DNA of 64,000 bases from Candidatus Woesearchaeota archaeon (GCA_964482915.1 CAYZYU010000002.1:3339-67338), one strand, 5' to 3'. Shown: positions 26,729-37,772, counted from the first letter of the stretch. Numbers and translations are program-made. Notes: generated by a model not told the origin, from the letters alone.

Positions 26729-27664
26729 TTAATTAGTACACCAAACTTCAATTTGGTCTCCTATTCTTAAAGAATTAATTATCCAAGTTAAAGGTAGGAA
26801 AAATAATTCCAATATCTTATTAACAATTCCTGTTCTTTTTTTAACTCCTAATAAGAAATATAGTGGCATCACAAACTGATTTGGACGGGAGTTATATCTT
26901 ACTTTTAGGACTTTAAATCCATGTTTTTCTAAAATAAATCTTAAATTTTTATTAGAATAATTAATAAGATGCCTTGGAACATCCAATTGATGCCAATTTT
27001 TGCCGAATAATTTATACGCTAAACAGTTGGAATTGGGGACACTAAGTATAAATATCCCATTTTTTTTTAGTATTCTTTTTATCTTGATAATTATCTCATG
27101 AGGATTATTTGTATGTTCAAGAACATGATTCATAGTTATTATATCAAAGAATTCATTAGGATAATTTGTTTTAATTAAATCAGACTTTTTTATATTTAGT
27201 TTATATTTCTTACTCCCTTGCTCATCAAAATCTCCTGGCTCAATACCATACACTTCAAGTCCAAGCTTTTTCATCTCATATAGGAATTGTCCGCTCCCAG
27301 ACCCTATATCTAATAATTTTGAATTTTGAAATATCTTTGTACCCCTTATAATAAATTTTATAGGAGATAGTATTATTTTTAATAAAGTATTATCCTCTTT
27401 GCTAAAGTATGTTTTATATAAGAGCATCTTCATTTGTAATTTTCTAGAATTAGTATCTATCTTCTTTAATGAATAATATTTATCTTTTGAATAGTGCTTT
27501 GCTAAATCAGAATAAGAAGGTTGAGGATTTAAGAATATTGACTTGCATTTTTTACATTCCGAAAGGGAGAATTTCCCAGGAATATTAAGATTTTTATCTC
27601 TCTGTTTAAATAAGAAGAAAATCTCTTTACTACCGCATATTTCACATTTGTTTAATGATTTCAT
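26729..27664 (-). CDS. Class I SAM-dependent methyltransferase with N-terminal Zn ribbon
   Basis: LDIGSGSG, HVLEH, PRHL. Confidence 0.85.
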   Translation of the reverse strand: MKSLNKCEICGSKEIFFLFKQRDKNLNIPGKFSLSECKKCKSIFLNPQPSYSDLAKHYSKDKYYSLKKIDTNSRKLQMKMLLYKTYFSKEDNTLLKIILSPIKFIIRGTKIFQNSKLLDIGSGSGQFLYEMKKLGLEVYGIEPGDFDEQGSKKYKLNIKKSDLIKTNYPNEFFDIITMNHVLEHTNNPHEIIIKIKRILKKNGIFILSVPNSNCLAYKLFGKNWHQLDVPRHLINYSNKNLRFILEKHGFKVLKVRYNSRPNQFVMPLYFLLGVKKRTGIVNKILELFFLPLTWIINSLRIGDQIEVWCTN

Positions 27665-27665
27665 T

Positions 27666-28814
27666 TCAATTTAATAAGATATCTAAATATTTTTCCCCCC
27701 ATTTTTCAAGAGATAATTCTTTTGCAGTTTGTATAGAATCTTCTATTATTTTATCCCTTTTCTCTGTATTAGTTAAAATATGTATAACTTTACTAGCATC
27801 ATCTTCATCAAAAGATTCAATTATCAAACCGTTTTTCTTGTCTTTAATTATTTCTTGTTCAGCATCTTTTGAGCAAACTAGTAGGCAACCAGAAGCCATT
27901 GCTTCAGAAGTGGTCATAATTGGAGCTCCCCCTTCATATCTTGAAAAACAGAAGAAGATATCAGAAGCATTGTAATACAAAGGAATCTCCTCCCTTGGTA
28001 TTCTCTTAGGAGGATATGTCAAGAATTCTTTTCCATCTATTATTTTTTTGACTTTCTTATAGTCTGCCCCTATAACTAATAAATGATAATTTTTATTCTT
28101 CTTGTATATTTGCTCAGATATTTTTACAGCTCTATCTAATCCTTTTCTCCAATATCCACCTTGTCCTATATATAGACCATAAATTTTATCTTGTTCAAGA
28201 TTAAGTTTTTTTCTTATATCCTTCTTATTTTTTACATTGAAATCCTTTAAATCTACCCCCGTTCTTAAAACCTCCATATCCCTATTTGTATTATATAGCT
28301 CTTTTAATTCTCTTTCAACCTTTTCAGCTACGCATATTATTTTATCTGCTTTTTTTATTGGAGGTTTTTCTATTAAATAACTGAATAATAACATCGGAGA
28401 TATAAGAGCCTTCATTATAAATGAGAATCTTAACATATGGACTCTAAAGAAATTGTATGTGACCCCATGATAAGTATGGATTAGTCTTTCATTATCTTTT
28501 CTCTTATATCTTCTCATCCACTCTCCCCATACGGCATGTGAATTTATTATATCAAATTTATTTTTATTAAGATATTTTAATATTTTGAAATTATCTACTA
28601 TCTGATTTAGTGGATATGGGAAGATATTTTTTAATTCAACATAATTAACTTCATCTTTCTTATATTTTTTTGATTCTTTTCCAGTATATACCCAAGTTAT
28701 GTTTATATTATTATAATTTTTCTTTAGATATTTTATCACATTTTTTTGATATAAGCTCATACCTCCATCAAAATTAGGATCAGTTCCCACAAAACATATT
28801 TTTGTCTGTTTCAT
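27666..28814 (-). CDS. Glycosyltransferase family 4
   Basis: SRYEG..EAMASG. Confidence 0.88.
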   Translation of the reverse strand: MKQTKICFVGTDPNFDGGMSLYQKNVIKYLKKNYNNINITWVYTGKESKKYKKDEVNYVELKNIFPYPLNQIVDNFKILKYLNKNKFDIINSHAVWGEWMRRYKRKDNERLIHTYHGVTYNFFRVHMLRFSFIMKALISPMLLFSYLIEKPPIKKADKIICVAEKVERELKELYNTNRDMEVLRTGVDLKDFNVKNKKDIRKKLNLEQDKIYGLYIGQGGYWRKGLDRAVKISEQIYKKNKNYHLLVIGADYKKVKKIIDGKEFLTYPPKRIPREEIPLYYNASDIFFCFSRYEGGAPIMTTSEAMASGCLLVCSKDAEQEIIKDKKNGLIIESFDEDDASKVIHILTNTEKRDKIIEDSIQTAKELSLEKWGEKYLDILLN

Positions 28815-28850
28815 ATACAGAAAGAATGTTCTTAATTTAAATAATTTGCT

Positions 28851-29783
28851 TTATTTTATTCTCTTTTTATACATTGCAGGAAAGAATGCAATGAACCATA
28901 ACCACAAGTTTCTTAGGAATTTCTTCCTTAATTTAAACTTGCTTAGTTTTAATTCATCTGTGTCTTTTTTCTTTTTTAATATTGCAACAAGAGGAAGATA
29001 TACAAATATTCTGAAAAATTTATCTTTTGCTTTAAGATTCTTTTTTGAGAAGATTATGTCATTTTTGAATCTTACTAATAATCTCTTTTTATCGTCGAGA
29101 GAATCTATACTTTTACCTTTCTTATGGATTATTTTAACTGATGGAACGCTTACTATCTTCCAGCCCTTTCCCTTTGCTCTTAAACAATAATCCGTATCTT
29201 CTAAAAGATATGGGTTGTAATTTTCGTCTAAAAGACCAATTTCTTTTATTACCTCTTTTTTTATAAGAATAGCTGCTCCCATTACATGGTCTACTTCAAA
29301 AACCTTGTTTATTTTATCATTAAGTTCTAAATCTATTTTCCATCCCCTTACATATCCTCCAATATTTTGTAAGCTCCCATCTGGATATATGATTTTACAT
29401 CCTAATATTCCAATATTTTTGTCTTTTTCCCCCACATCGATCATCTTTTTGAGCCAATTTTTTTCAAGAATCTCAATATCATCATTTAACAAGAGAAAAT
29501 AATCTGGATTATATTCTTTCATTGCTTTCTTTATCCCTACATTATTTGCTCCAGAGAAACCTTTATTTTCTTTATTGATTGTTACGTCTATCCATTTAAA
29601 CTTTTTTTTAATTTCCTCTCCAATTTTCCATTTACCTGAATCATCTACAAGAAATAATTTATAATTCTTGTAATCTGTTTTTTTATCCACAGAATTCAAG
29701 CTTTCTTCTAAAAGTTTAATCTGATTATATGTGCACATTATTATTGCAACTTTAGGTAAGTTCATTTTAGAATTATCTCCCAA
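28851..29783 (-). CDS. Glycosyltransferase family 2
   Basis: LLNDD, GAAILIK, EDTDYC; paralog of the 22574-23500 gene. Confidence 0.88.
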   Translation of the reverse strand: MGDNSKMNLPKVAIIMCTYNQIKLLEESLNSVDKKTDYKNYKLFLVDDSGKWKIGEEIKKKFKWIDVTINKENKGFSGANNVGIKKAMKEYNPDYFLLLNDDIEILEKNWLKKMIDVGEKDKNIGILGCKIIYPDGSLQNIGGYVRGWKIDLELNDKINKVFEVDHVMGAAILIKKEVIKEIGLLDENYNPYLLEDTDYCLRAKGKGWKIVSVPSVKIIHKKGKSIDSLDDKKRLLVRFKNDIIFSKKNLKAKDKFFRIFVYLPLVAILKKKKDTDELKLSKFKLRKKFLRNLWLWFIAFFPAMYKKRIK

Positions 29784-30585
29784 ACCAATACCCTAGCTTA
29801 TAAGGAACACCTCTTAAAACTCTTAAAAGGAAACTTTTAAGGCTCCATTTTAGATGTTTAAATTTGAATCTCCTGAAACTGTCTTTTTTTGTTATTAATT
29901 CTCTATAAAGCCCTGTCTTATAAAAGTCTCTTGTAGTTTTCCCCCATCTCCATTGTTTTTTAAACAAAGATTTTAAACTATCAGGTTCCATATGCTCTAC
30001 TGCATTTTCAACCATCCCGTTCTTTTTTGTAATGTTCTTAATTTCATGCCAAGTTATTATGTGGTCTTGTGCTGCACATATATTTATGTATTTTTTAGGT
30101 ATTTTTTCATGAGCTTTTGTTAAAATTTCTTTCTTGAAGAATCTAGGTAGAACAATATCCTCGTTAGGATCCCAATAAGTCTGTACCAATAATCTATCTG
30201 CATCATATAGTGAAGGTAAAAATTTCTTTCTATTATGTGCCCTCTCCCAAAACCAGAGAGTATCATAACCTCCCTCTTTCATTTTCTTAACTGCTCTTTC
30301 AATAGCTGTCTTTTCTAGTAATTGATCAGAATCTAATAAAAGAACATATTTTCCTTTGCTTGCCTCAGTCCCGACAATTCTTGCTTCAAGAAGTTTTCCC
30401 TTACACATAACTATTCTTGCTTTGAATTTCTTAGCTATCTCAAGAGTTTTATCATTACTATAGCTATCGACAATTATTATTTCTATATTCTTATAAGTCT
30501 GTTCCCTTACCCTTTCTAAGCATTCTCTTAATGTTTTTTCAGAGTTATAGGTAGGTATATTTACTGAAACTAATTCTTCACTCAT
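29773..30585 (-). CDS. Glycosyltransferase family 2
   Basis: VSVNIPTYNS, VDSYSND, LDSD. Confidence 0.88.
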   Translation of the reverse strand: MSEELVSVNIPTYNSEKTLRECLERVREQTYKNIEIIIVDSYSNDKTLEIAKKFKARIVMCKGKLLEARIVGTEASKGKYVLLLDSDQLLEKTAIERAVKKMKEGGYDTLWFWERAHNRKKFLPSLYDADRLLVQTYWDPNEDIVLPRFFKKEILTKAHEKIPKKYINICAAQDHIITWHEIKNITKKNGMVENAVEHMEPDSLKSLFKKQWRWGKTTRDFYKTGLYRELITKKDSFRRFKFKHLKWSLKSFLLRVLRGVPYKLGYWFGR

Positions 30586-31745
30586 TTAAATACCTCTTGA
30601 ATGTTCTTTTTAAAAATTTGTGTATTAAGGTCATTAATAACTATCTTCTTAGGTTTTATATTGGATTTTATAAATTTCTTTAGAGATGCCACTATATTAT
30701 TAATAAATTTCTTTTCATTTTCTTCCTCTTTAATAGGATAATACTGAGGATAATTCTTTATTAAATCGACATATCCTCCTTTATCGACTGCAATTATAGA
30801 TTTTCCAGCTGCTAGGCCCTCAAAAGGAACAATCCCAAAATCTTCAATAAATGGAACAAATATAAGCGCTTTAGATTTTTCATACAGTTTCAAAATATCT
30901 TTATTACTTAACCCCTCTTTTATTTCCACATTCTTAGAATGTTTTATTAAACCCTTTAGGTAGTCAAAGTATTTTTTATTCTCTAATCCTCCAGTGAGGA
31001 TTAGCTTTTCATTTGGGTATTCTTTAGAGAACTTTATCCACGCTTTTATCAATAAATCTTGTCTTTTCGGAGGATTGAATCTTGATACATAAATGAAATA
31101 ATCCTCTCTATCTGATTTAAGTTGATTAAATTTATCCAAATCAACTGGAGGGTAAATAACTCTTGCTTTTTTATTCTTTAATAGTCCCTGATTTTTTGCT
31201 CTTTCGTATCCTTCTTCTGAGATGAATATTGGAAAATCAATCTTTTTCCAGGCAATTTTCTCGAAGAGCCTATATATTTTTACAGATAAAAGATATATAC
31301 TCTTTGATAAAAGATTCTTATATCTATTTTTTAGATTCCATCTGACAATCTCTGGATAAGCATCCCTAAGAATTGTATTGACATAAGCGATAGTTCTACC
31401 TTTTTTATAGTTTCTAAATGTTATAAATTCCCCCGTTCCTGAAGTATAAATCATAAAATAATCATATTTTTCTAAAGGTATCTTTGAAAAGAAACTAAAA
31501 AATAAGAATAATCCTCTTAAGATTTTCATTTTTGAGATCTTTTTTAAAATGTTTGGTCCAAGAATATTAATTTTGATGTCTTTAAACTCTTCAAAGGAAT
31601 TTTTCTCATCATAAACCCAGGTGTACAACTCAAAATCAATATCTTTAATCTTCATAATTTCTAAAACTACTTTCTCAGCTCCACCCTTGCTTTTTATCCA
31701 AGGGTAAAATAATGCTATCTTAAGCTTTCTATCTTTTAATTTCAT
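30582..31745 (-). CDS. Glycosyltransferase family 4 (ALG2-like motifs)
   Basis: GGAEK, EDFGIVPFE. Confidence 0.85.
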   Translation of the reverse strand: MKLKDRKLKIALFYPWIKSKGGAEKVVLEIMKIKDIDFELYTWVYDEKNSFEEFKDIKINILGPNILKKISKMKILRGLFLFFSFFSKIPLEKYDYFMIYTSGTGEFITFRNYKKGRTIAYVNTILRDAYPEIVRWNLKNRYKNLLSKSIYLLSVKIYRLFEKIAWKKIDFPIFISEEGYERAKNQGLLKNKKARVIYPPVDLDKFNQLKSDREDYFIYVSRFNPPKRQDLLIKAWIKFSKEYPNEKLILTGGLENKKYFDYLKGLIKHSKNVEIKEGLSNKDILKLYEKSKALIFVPFIEDFGIVPFEGLAAGKSIIAVDKGGYVDLIKNYPQYYPIKEEENEKKFINNIVASLKKFIKSNIKPKKIVINDLNTQIFKKNIQEVFK

Positions 31746-34426
31746 TTTACAAATATTAGGTCATCTAATTCAGCATATTCTCCAGAAACTTTAGTGAACT
31801 CTTCTCTTGCAATTATTTCATCAGGATAATTTACCTCCCATATCTTAAGAGGCCCTCTTAACCCATTGAAATAAAAGAATTCATTAATTTTCATACTAGA
31901 ATACATTTCAAGGTAAGTCTCTATAGGGTCTGGTTCAGAATGAGCTAGTTCAACAGTTTCATATCTTTTTAGAGGATCATTCATTAGGTACAATTGTGCA
32001 ATTAAACTATCAACAACCTTAGGGGATAAATATATTAAAGCTCCTTCTTCATCAAGCTGCAGTCCAGAATTAACCTGAATTATTTGAGGTATAATATATA
32101 TTGCAGTATTAGTTCCATTTTTGAAATCATATAATGTTTCATTATAATATAAATATCTTACTGGAATATTAATTTGATTTCCGTTGTAAATATATGCTGC
32201 TATTGGCTGCTGGAATTTCCCATTTTTCTTTTCAAGGATTATACCTCCAATTCCGGAATTTTGTGTGGGAATGAATATTTTTTCTCCATCTTCATTTTCA
32301 TAAACAATATCCCCATCCAAGCCATATCCTCCATTATAGATTCTTATGGTTCCATTCTTTGTCTCTTGAATATTATTTGGATCAGATATCATTGTAGGAA
32401 TAAATGAAAACCTATCGTTTCCTTCTTTATTACTTCCTATGCTACTATATGCAGAGTATTTTCCTATATCTGTTGGATCTATTAATAAGTAAGATACTTC
32501 ATGAGCTTTCATTAAACTCAAAGCAGTTTCAGGATAAGGCGTTGTTAAGAGATATCTTCCTGTCAAATGGTCCCAATATCCATTACCATGACCCCCATCT
32601 GTTACAGTAGGTCTTTCTCCCATATATTGTACCCAGTATCCATAATCCCACCAATGTATGAATATGTCTCCAGGTTGAGTATTCTCTCGCACCCACTTCA
32701 TTGAATATTGCCATTGAGGGTTTGCAGAAGAACCAATTTGAGAAGATTGTATTTTTATTGCTTTAATATAAGATATAGAAGTGAATACTAAGAGTATTAC
32801 AACACCTATTAAGACTGCATATAACATTATCTTAACAACCTCTTCTTTACTATCTTTAGCATAATGATAAGTTTTTATTAGAGCATACGCAGACATAAAA
32901 CATACTACAGGTGTAAAGATAAATAATAACCTAACCGCACTTATTCCAGAGAGAGCCATAAAAAAGATTAACAATAAGACTATAACGTTATTACTTTTCA
33001 TTTCAATTTTATCTTTGAAATATATCCAGATAAAAAATCCAATGAAGATTATGATACTTCCAAGATAAAAGAATTTACTTATAAAAGAATTTCCATTCAT
33101 TAATGAAGATGTAGAATATCTATGGAAGATTATTCCGCAAATCATGATTATCCATAACAATGAAAATATTATTTTATTTTTCTTTTTCCCAATTCCTCTT
33201 GCAAAATCAACACCCACAATCAAAGAACCAACAAAAAACAACCAGAAAAGGGTTTTTCCAATTTGTCCTATTATATCTAAAGTATAAGGCAATGCATTTT
33301 CAGCGACAGTTGAACCAGTTCTACCTCCCCCAAAAGGACGTAATATCATCGAGATTAAGTTGGATATGGTTAATCCAATAGTTTGATTAAAGATTAGGCT
33401 CATTAAAGCAAGGAAGATTATTGTTATAACAAGGCTTACTATTATCCTGTATTTACCTATTTCTTTCAATTTATGGTTTTTTAATTTTATTAACAAGTAG
33501 TCTATTATTATGAAGATTAATACTAGCGGAACAATTATTCCACGTAAATTTATTACAAAAGCCTTTATTGCACTTAAAGGATAAGAAAAGATAAATCCAA
33601 GAGAAAAAAAGGAGATTATCCAGAAGAAATAAAATAATAAGTATTCTCTAAGGTTACTTCTCCCCTCTTCATTTCTACTATTATTTGTTATCCAAAGTAA
33701 TAATATTGTAATTGGTATTATTAATAAAACAAAAGAAGCAATCCCGCTCCAAGAAGCTATATTAAATATTGTAAAGAATCCAGTTATAATCCCTAAAACT
33801 ATTGCCATCTTCCATGAATTTTTCTTTTCAATTTTCTCCATGGAGATAGTGAAAGAAAGCAATGATAAAAAGAAAGTAAACATTCCTATAGGTTCGTGGT
33901 CTGAGACTCCAGCCATGGTTCTAAATAGATAAGCAGGAATTATTGCAAGGAAAAAACTTGATAATAATGCTGTAATCTTAGATTTTGTAAGTTTTAATAT
34001 TAAGAAGAAGAACATGAACATACTTAAAATAAAGAATATTACAGGATAAATTACATCAACATATGCCAAACTCATATCTTCTGAAATAGGTTCTAATATC
34101 TTATGCAAGAAAACTAAAACATGTGGAAGTAGTTCATAACTAAAAGGGAGCTTAAGTGCAGGATATCTCATAATATCATATTCTGAGTAACTTCCATTTT
34201 GTTCCAAATAATCAGCTAATCTTAACCAATAAAATGCATCTAAATCTGCTGTAAGATATTCTCCTGTTGTAGCATCTTTAAGACTTGAAATATTGTTTGT
34301 CCTTATCTTAGCAGTGAACCCAATTATAAGTATCAAGAGAACGATAGTTATTATCGTTAATACCTTTTTTTGTGTTAAAAAGTCTAAAATCCTTTTTGAT
34401 TCTTCTTTTACCTTATGAACATTCAT
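31742..34426 (-). CDS. aglB: Oligosaccharyltransferase AglB (STT3)
   Basis: WWDYG motif, DHE motif, many TMs. Confidence 0.95.
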   Translation of the reverse strand: MNVHKVKEESKRILDFLTQKKVLTIITIVLLILIIGFTAKIRTNNISSLKDATTGEYLTADLDAFYWLRLADYLEQNGSYSEYDIMRYPALKLPFSYELLPHVLVFLHKILEPISEDMSLAYVDVIYPVIFFILSMFMFFFLILKLTKSKITALLSSFFLAIIPAYLFRTMAGVSDHEPIGMFTFFLSLLSFTISMEKIEKKNSWKMAIVLGIITGFFTIFNIASWSGIASFVLLIIPITILLLWITNNSRNEEGRSNLREYLLFYFFWIISFFSLGFIFSYPLSAIKAFVINLRGIIVPLVLIFIIIDYLLIKLKNHKLKEIGKYRIIVSLVITIIFLALMSLIFNQTIGLTISNLISMILRPFGGGRTGSTVAENALPYTLDIIGQIGKTLFWLFFVGSLIVGVDFARGIGKKKNKIIFSLLWIIMICGIIFHRYSTSSLMNGNSFISKFFYLGSIIIFIGFFIWIYFKDKIEMKSNNVIVLLLIFFMALSGISAVRLLFIFTPVVCFMSAYALIKTYHYAKDSKEEVVKIMLYAVLIGVVILLVFTSISYIKAIKIQSSQIGSSANPQWQYSMKWVRENTQPGDIFIHWWDYGYWVQYMGERPTVTDGGHGNGYWDHLTGRYLLTTPYPETALSLMKAHEVSYLLIDPTDIGKYSAYSSIGSNKEGNDRFSFIPTMISDPNNIQETKNGTIRIYNGGYGLDGDIVYENEDGEKIFIPTQNSGIGGIILEKKNGKFQQPIAAYIYNGNQINIPVRYLYYNETLYDFKNGTNTAIYIIPQIIQVNSGLQLDEEGALIYLSPKVVDSLIAQLYLMNDPLKRYETVELAHSEPDPIETYLEMYSSMKINEFFYFNGLRGPLKIWEVNYPDEIIAREEFTKVSGEYAELDDLIFVK

Positions 34427-34465
34427 CAAAATTAAAGAGAAATACCATTTAAAAACCTTAGTTTA

Positions 34466-35461
34466 TCATAGAATAAACAAAACAAATCCCAATATAACTA
34501 TTAGAATTTGGAATAGATTTATAGAATATACTACCTCATTTTCATAAACTTTTTTACTTGGTTTTATCTTCTTTAATAATAGTATTGCTAGATGTTCAAG
34601 ACCATATATTTTATCGTAAGGTAATTCTAAACTTCCATCGGGATTAGGTTTTCCAAAACTTTGTTTTTTTAGCCCACCCCTTAATTTTAGCACAGTTTCA
34701 ATTAAATAAGGTATGAAGAAAAATAAGGCTATCTTTTCAGAATTTCCCAATATAGTCATCGCAGCTATTGAAGCACCAATAGAATAAGTTAATACGTCCC
34801 CAGGAAAGACTTTTGCAGGGTTTATATTAAATATGTAAAATGCAAGAAGAGAAGCAACTAAACATAAACCAATAACACTTAACCAGGCATTACCGGTAAG
34901 ATAAGTTACAAGACTCATAGCAGATAATAGGATTATTCCCTGCCCTGCTTCTAATCCATTGAAACCAGCTAAGAAATTAAATGTAGCTGTTGCACCTAAA
35001 ATTCCTATAGGTATTATTAAGAGAGGGTAGATTATTCCCAAATCTATTCCCATCATAGTTGAGTCTCCTGCATTGATGACCATTAGAGGTATGGCAGCGA
35101 ATAAAATTAAAATTATTCTTGTTCGCTTGGATAATCCTCCATGTTTCCATCCAAATAAATCATCTATTAACCCAATCCCTGCTACAAGCAGAATTGTGCT
35201 AACCATAGCAAAAATATGTATGGATATACCATCTAAAGATTTAAAGTAAAAAGTCTGTATGGCTACATATAAGAATATCCCAATTATAGCCCCCACTACA
35301 ACAATTATCCCTCCAGAACCAGCTACATCCTTTTCATTATTTGGTTTATTCATATCTTCCCAGATTAATCCTATTTGTTTAGCCTTTTTTATCCAGAAAG
35401 GCATACCTAAATAGGTACAAAAAAAGCTCACAAAGATAGTGATTAGTATTAAAGGTTCCAT
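34466..35461 (-). CDS. aglH: UDP-GlcNAc:dolichyl-phosphate GlcNAc-1-phosphotransferase (GPT/AglH, MraY-like)
   Basis: GLIDD, NFLAGFNGLE, PAKVFPGD. Confidence 0.85.
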   Translation of the reverse strand: MEPLILITIFVSFFCTYLGMPFWIKKAKQIGLIWEDMNKPNNEKDVAGSGGIIVVVGAIIGIFLYVAIQTFYFKSLDGISIHIFAMVSTILLVAGIGLIDDLFGWKHGGLSKRTRIILILFAAIPLMVINAGDSTMMGIDLGIIYPLLIIPIGILGATATFNFLAGFNGLEAGQGIILLSAMSLVTYLTGNAWLSVIGLCLVASLLAFYIFNINPAKVFPGDVLTYSIGASIAAMTILGNSEKIALFFFIPYLIETVLKLRGGLKKQSFGKPNPDGSLELPYDKIYGLEHLAILLLKKIKPSKKVYENEVVYSINLFQILIVILGFVLFIL

Positions 35462-35492
35462 AGATAATAGATATAGCTCTTACTTTTAAATT

Positions 35493-36350
35493 TTACTTGA
35501 ATAATAAGGGGGTAATATAAACTTCTATAAGTGCAGCAAATATTAAGATTATTAGTGCTATAAAAATTAATATAATTACATTCTCAAAGACTTTTAAGAA
35601 TTTTTCATCTCTTATACCATGTCTTATTAATCCTACACCAAATATTCCTCCTGCAAGTGCAGTAATGAAATAAGCCGCAATCTCAGGTATTCCATGAATT
35701 GCATATCTTAAAATTCCCAATGGGACGTCTACTAAATTATATCTTGTAAATATTCCTATTGCAGCAGAGATTACACTAGCATTCCAAACTAAGATAAAAA
35801 GAGCCCCTGCCCCAAAGATTAACGAAAATATAAGCGTGAATATCATTACATATACGTTATTTTCAATTATTGAAAGAAATCTCAGTCCATTGATAGAAGC
35901 ACCTGTTACATTGAGTGTTCCCGAGGAGTATTCTTGAACACATGCTTCAACGTTTCCAGGACTATTTATCTGACAATAAGTTTGAATTTGAAAATTAAGC
36001 AAATTAGCATCCTGAAGAATAATATTCCAAAAAGAAAAAGCAACTACAAATCCCAAGAATAACCACATAAAAGCATAAATAGCATCTTTATGAGCTTGCC
36101 AGACGCTAAAAACCCCCTCAACTTCCTCATCCTCTTTTTCTTCGGTTTTTATTATGAAGTACATGAAAGGAAAACTAAACATTATACAAAATAAAACTAC
36201 CAACATACCAGATGCATTAGATAAATTTGGATCTGATGAAAAAAACCAGTGAACAAGTAAAAGAGATAATGACGCATAAATTAGTCCAATGAAAAACATT
36301 TTCCAAGGACCCTTTTCTCCTCTTTTTGGATTAATTAGCGTTTCAAGCAT
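35493..36350 (-). CDS. SpoIIM/DUF95-family membrane protein
   Basis: IENN, HGIPE motifs; multi-TM. Confidence 0.8.
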   Translation of the reverse strand: MLETLINPKRGEKGPWKMFFIGLIYASLSLLLVHWFFSSDPNLSNASGMLVVLFCIMFSFPFMYFIIKTEEKEDEEVEGVFSVWQAHKDAIYAFMWLFLGFVVAFSFWNIILQDANLLNFQIQTYCQINSPGNVEACVQEYSSGTLNVTGASINGLRFLSIIENNVYVMIFTLIFSLIFGAGALFILVWNASVISAAIGIFTRYNLVDVPLGILRYAIHGIPEIAAYFITALAGGIFGVGLIRHGIRDEKFLKVFENVIILIFIALIILIFAALIEVYITPLLFK

Positions 36351-36373
36351 ACACCTATTAAAAAAAGAGAATT

Positions 36374-36379
36374 TTTAAA
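36374..36379. promoter_or_regulatory. Palindromic TATA box likely shared by divergent leaderless genes
   Basis: TTTAAA 23 nt from ATG 36350 (-) and 21 nt from ATG 36401 (+). Confidence 0.6.
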
Positions 36380-36400
36380 TGTTAGGGGTTTATTGAATAA

Positions 36401-37219
36401 ATGAATGAGAAAAAAGAGTTTGATAAAATTTTGAGAGACATAAAATCAATTAGAATTCAAGGAGCAAGAAATGTTGCAAAAGCAGCACTAAAAGCATATC
36501 TTTTGTGCCCTTCAAGAGAATCAAAACTCAAATTATTATCTTCCAGACCAACAGAGCCAATGATGTTTCATGTACTTCATCTTGCAGAAGAAGGGATAAA
36601 TGAGATAGAAATATTAGGGCATTTTGATTCTGCTCAAGATAAAATAAGTAAACTTGTTTTTAAATTAATCAATAATAACGATAAAATATTCACTCATTGT
36701 CATTCGACAAATGTCATAAATTCACTTATTTATTCAAAGAATAAAGGAAAGAGATTCCAAGTATATAACACAGAGACTCGTCCTTTATTTCAAGGTAGAA
36801 AGACTGCAGATGAATTAAAAAAGGCAGGAATAGACGTAACAATGTTTATTGATTCTGCTGCAGGTATTGCCATAGAAAGAGAAAATAAAAAAGATAAGTT
36901 TTATGCAGATAAGATATTACTTGGGGCTGATGCACTTTTGAAAGAAGGAGTTATAAATAAAATTGGAAGTTCAATGTTTGCAGAATTGGGTTCAAGACAT
37001 AAGATTCCAGTTTATATTATTGCTGACTCTTGGAAGTTTACAACCAACAAAACCCCTATAGAACAAAGAGAGATAAATGAAGTTTGGGATAGTGCTCCAA
37101 GAAATATTAAGATACAAAATCCTGCTTTTGAATTTATTCCAAAGAAATATATTTCTGGTATTATAACTGAATTGGGATTTATGAAATATGAAGAATTTGT
37201 AAAAGGTATGAAAGGGTAA
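36401..37219 (+). CDS. Ribose-1,5-bisphosphate isomerase (eIF2B family)
   Basis: IQGA, RPTEP, THCHS, ETRP, NKIG, NPAFE. Confidence 0.85.
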   Translation: MNEKKEFDKILRDIKSIRIQGARNVAKAALKAYLLCPSRESKLKLLSSRPTEPMMFHVLHLAEEGINEIEILGHFDSAQDKISKLVFKLINNNDKIFTHCHSTNVINSLIYSKNKGKRFQVYNTETRPLFQGRKTADELKKAGIDVTMFIDSAAGIAIERENKKDKFYADKILLGADALLKEGVINKIGSSMFAELGSRHKIPVYIIADSWKFTTNKTPIEQREINEVWDSAPRNIKIQNPAFEFIPKKYISGIITELGFMKYEEFVKGMKG

Positions 37220-37262
37220 AAGAATAATTTTGTTATAGAAGTATTCAATTAAATCTTATAGA

Positions 37263-37772
37263 TTAATCTTTTTCACAATCACATTCTTCATCACAATCAT
37301 CGTCGGAAGAACAGGTGCATTCCTTGTCATGCCCATGTTTGCATTTATTAGAATGTGTGTGATTATGCTCATGCATTTTTTGATGATCCATAAACACAGT
37401 TGTTAATTCTGTATTAATCTTATCTAATTCTCCATTTAATTCTTCTTTTACTTTCTCTAGCTTCTTTATCTGAGTTTGCAGTATTTTTTTTGTTTCAGGT
37501 ATTGATTTTTTTACAAAATTTTTATTTCCAATATCTACCAAAAGTTCATCTGAAAGCAATTTTGCATTTGCATATATACCTCTTCCTATAGGAGCTAATA
37601 TCTCGTTATCCTTTTTACCGATTAATTCATCTAATTGTAAATTTAGGCTTCCAAGTTCTAGAATTGCTTGTTCAACTGCCTGCTGTTGTTCTTGAATCAT
37701 TCTTATCTGCTGTTCAAACATTTGGAATTGTATTGCAAGTTTCTGCTGTGATTCTTTTTCATTATCTTCCAT
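37263..37772 (-). CDS. pfdA: Prefoldin alpha subunit with His/Cys/Asp-rich tail
   Basis: ILAPIGRGIY..LLVDIG beta-hairpins between coiled coils. Confidence 0.88.
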   Translation of the reverse strand: MEDNEKESQQKLAIQFQMFEQQIRMIQEQQQAVEQAILELGSLNLQLDELIGKKDNEILAPIGRGIYANAKLLSDELLVDIGNKNFVKKSIPETKKILQTQIKKLEKVKEELNGELDKINTELTTVFMDHQKMHEHNHTHSNKCKHGHDKECTCSSDDDCDEECDCEKD

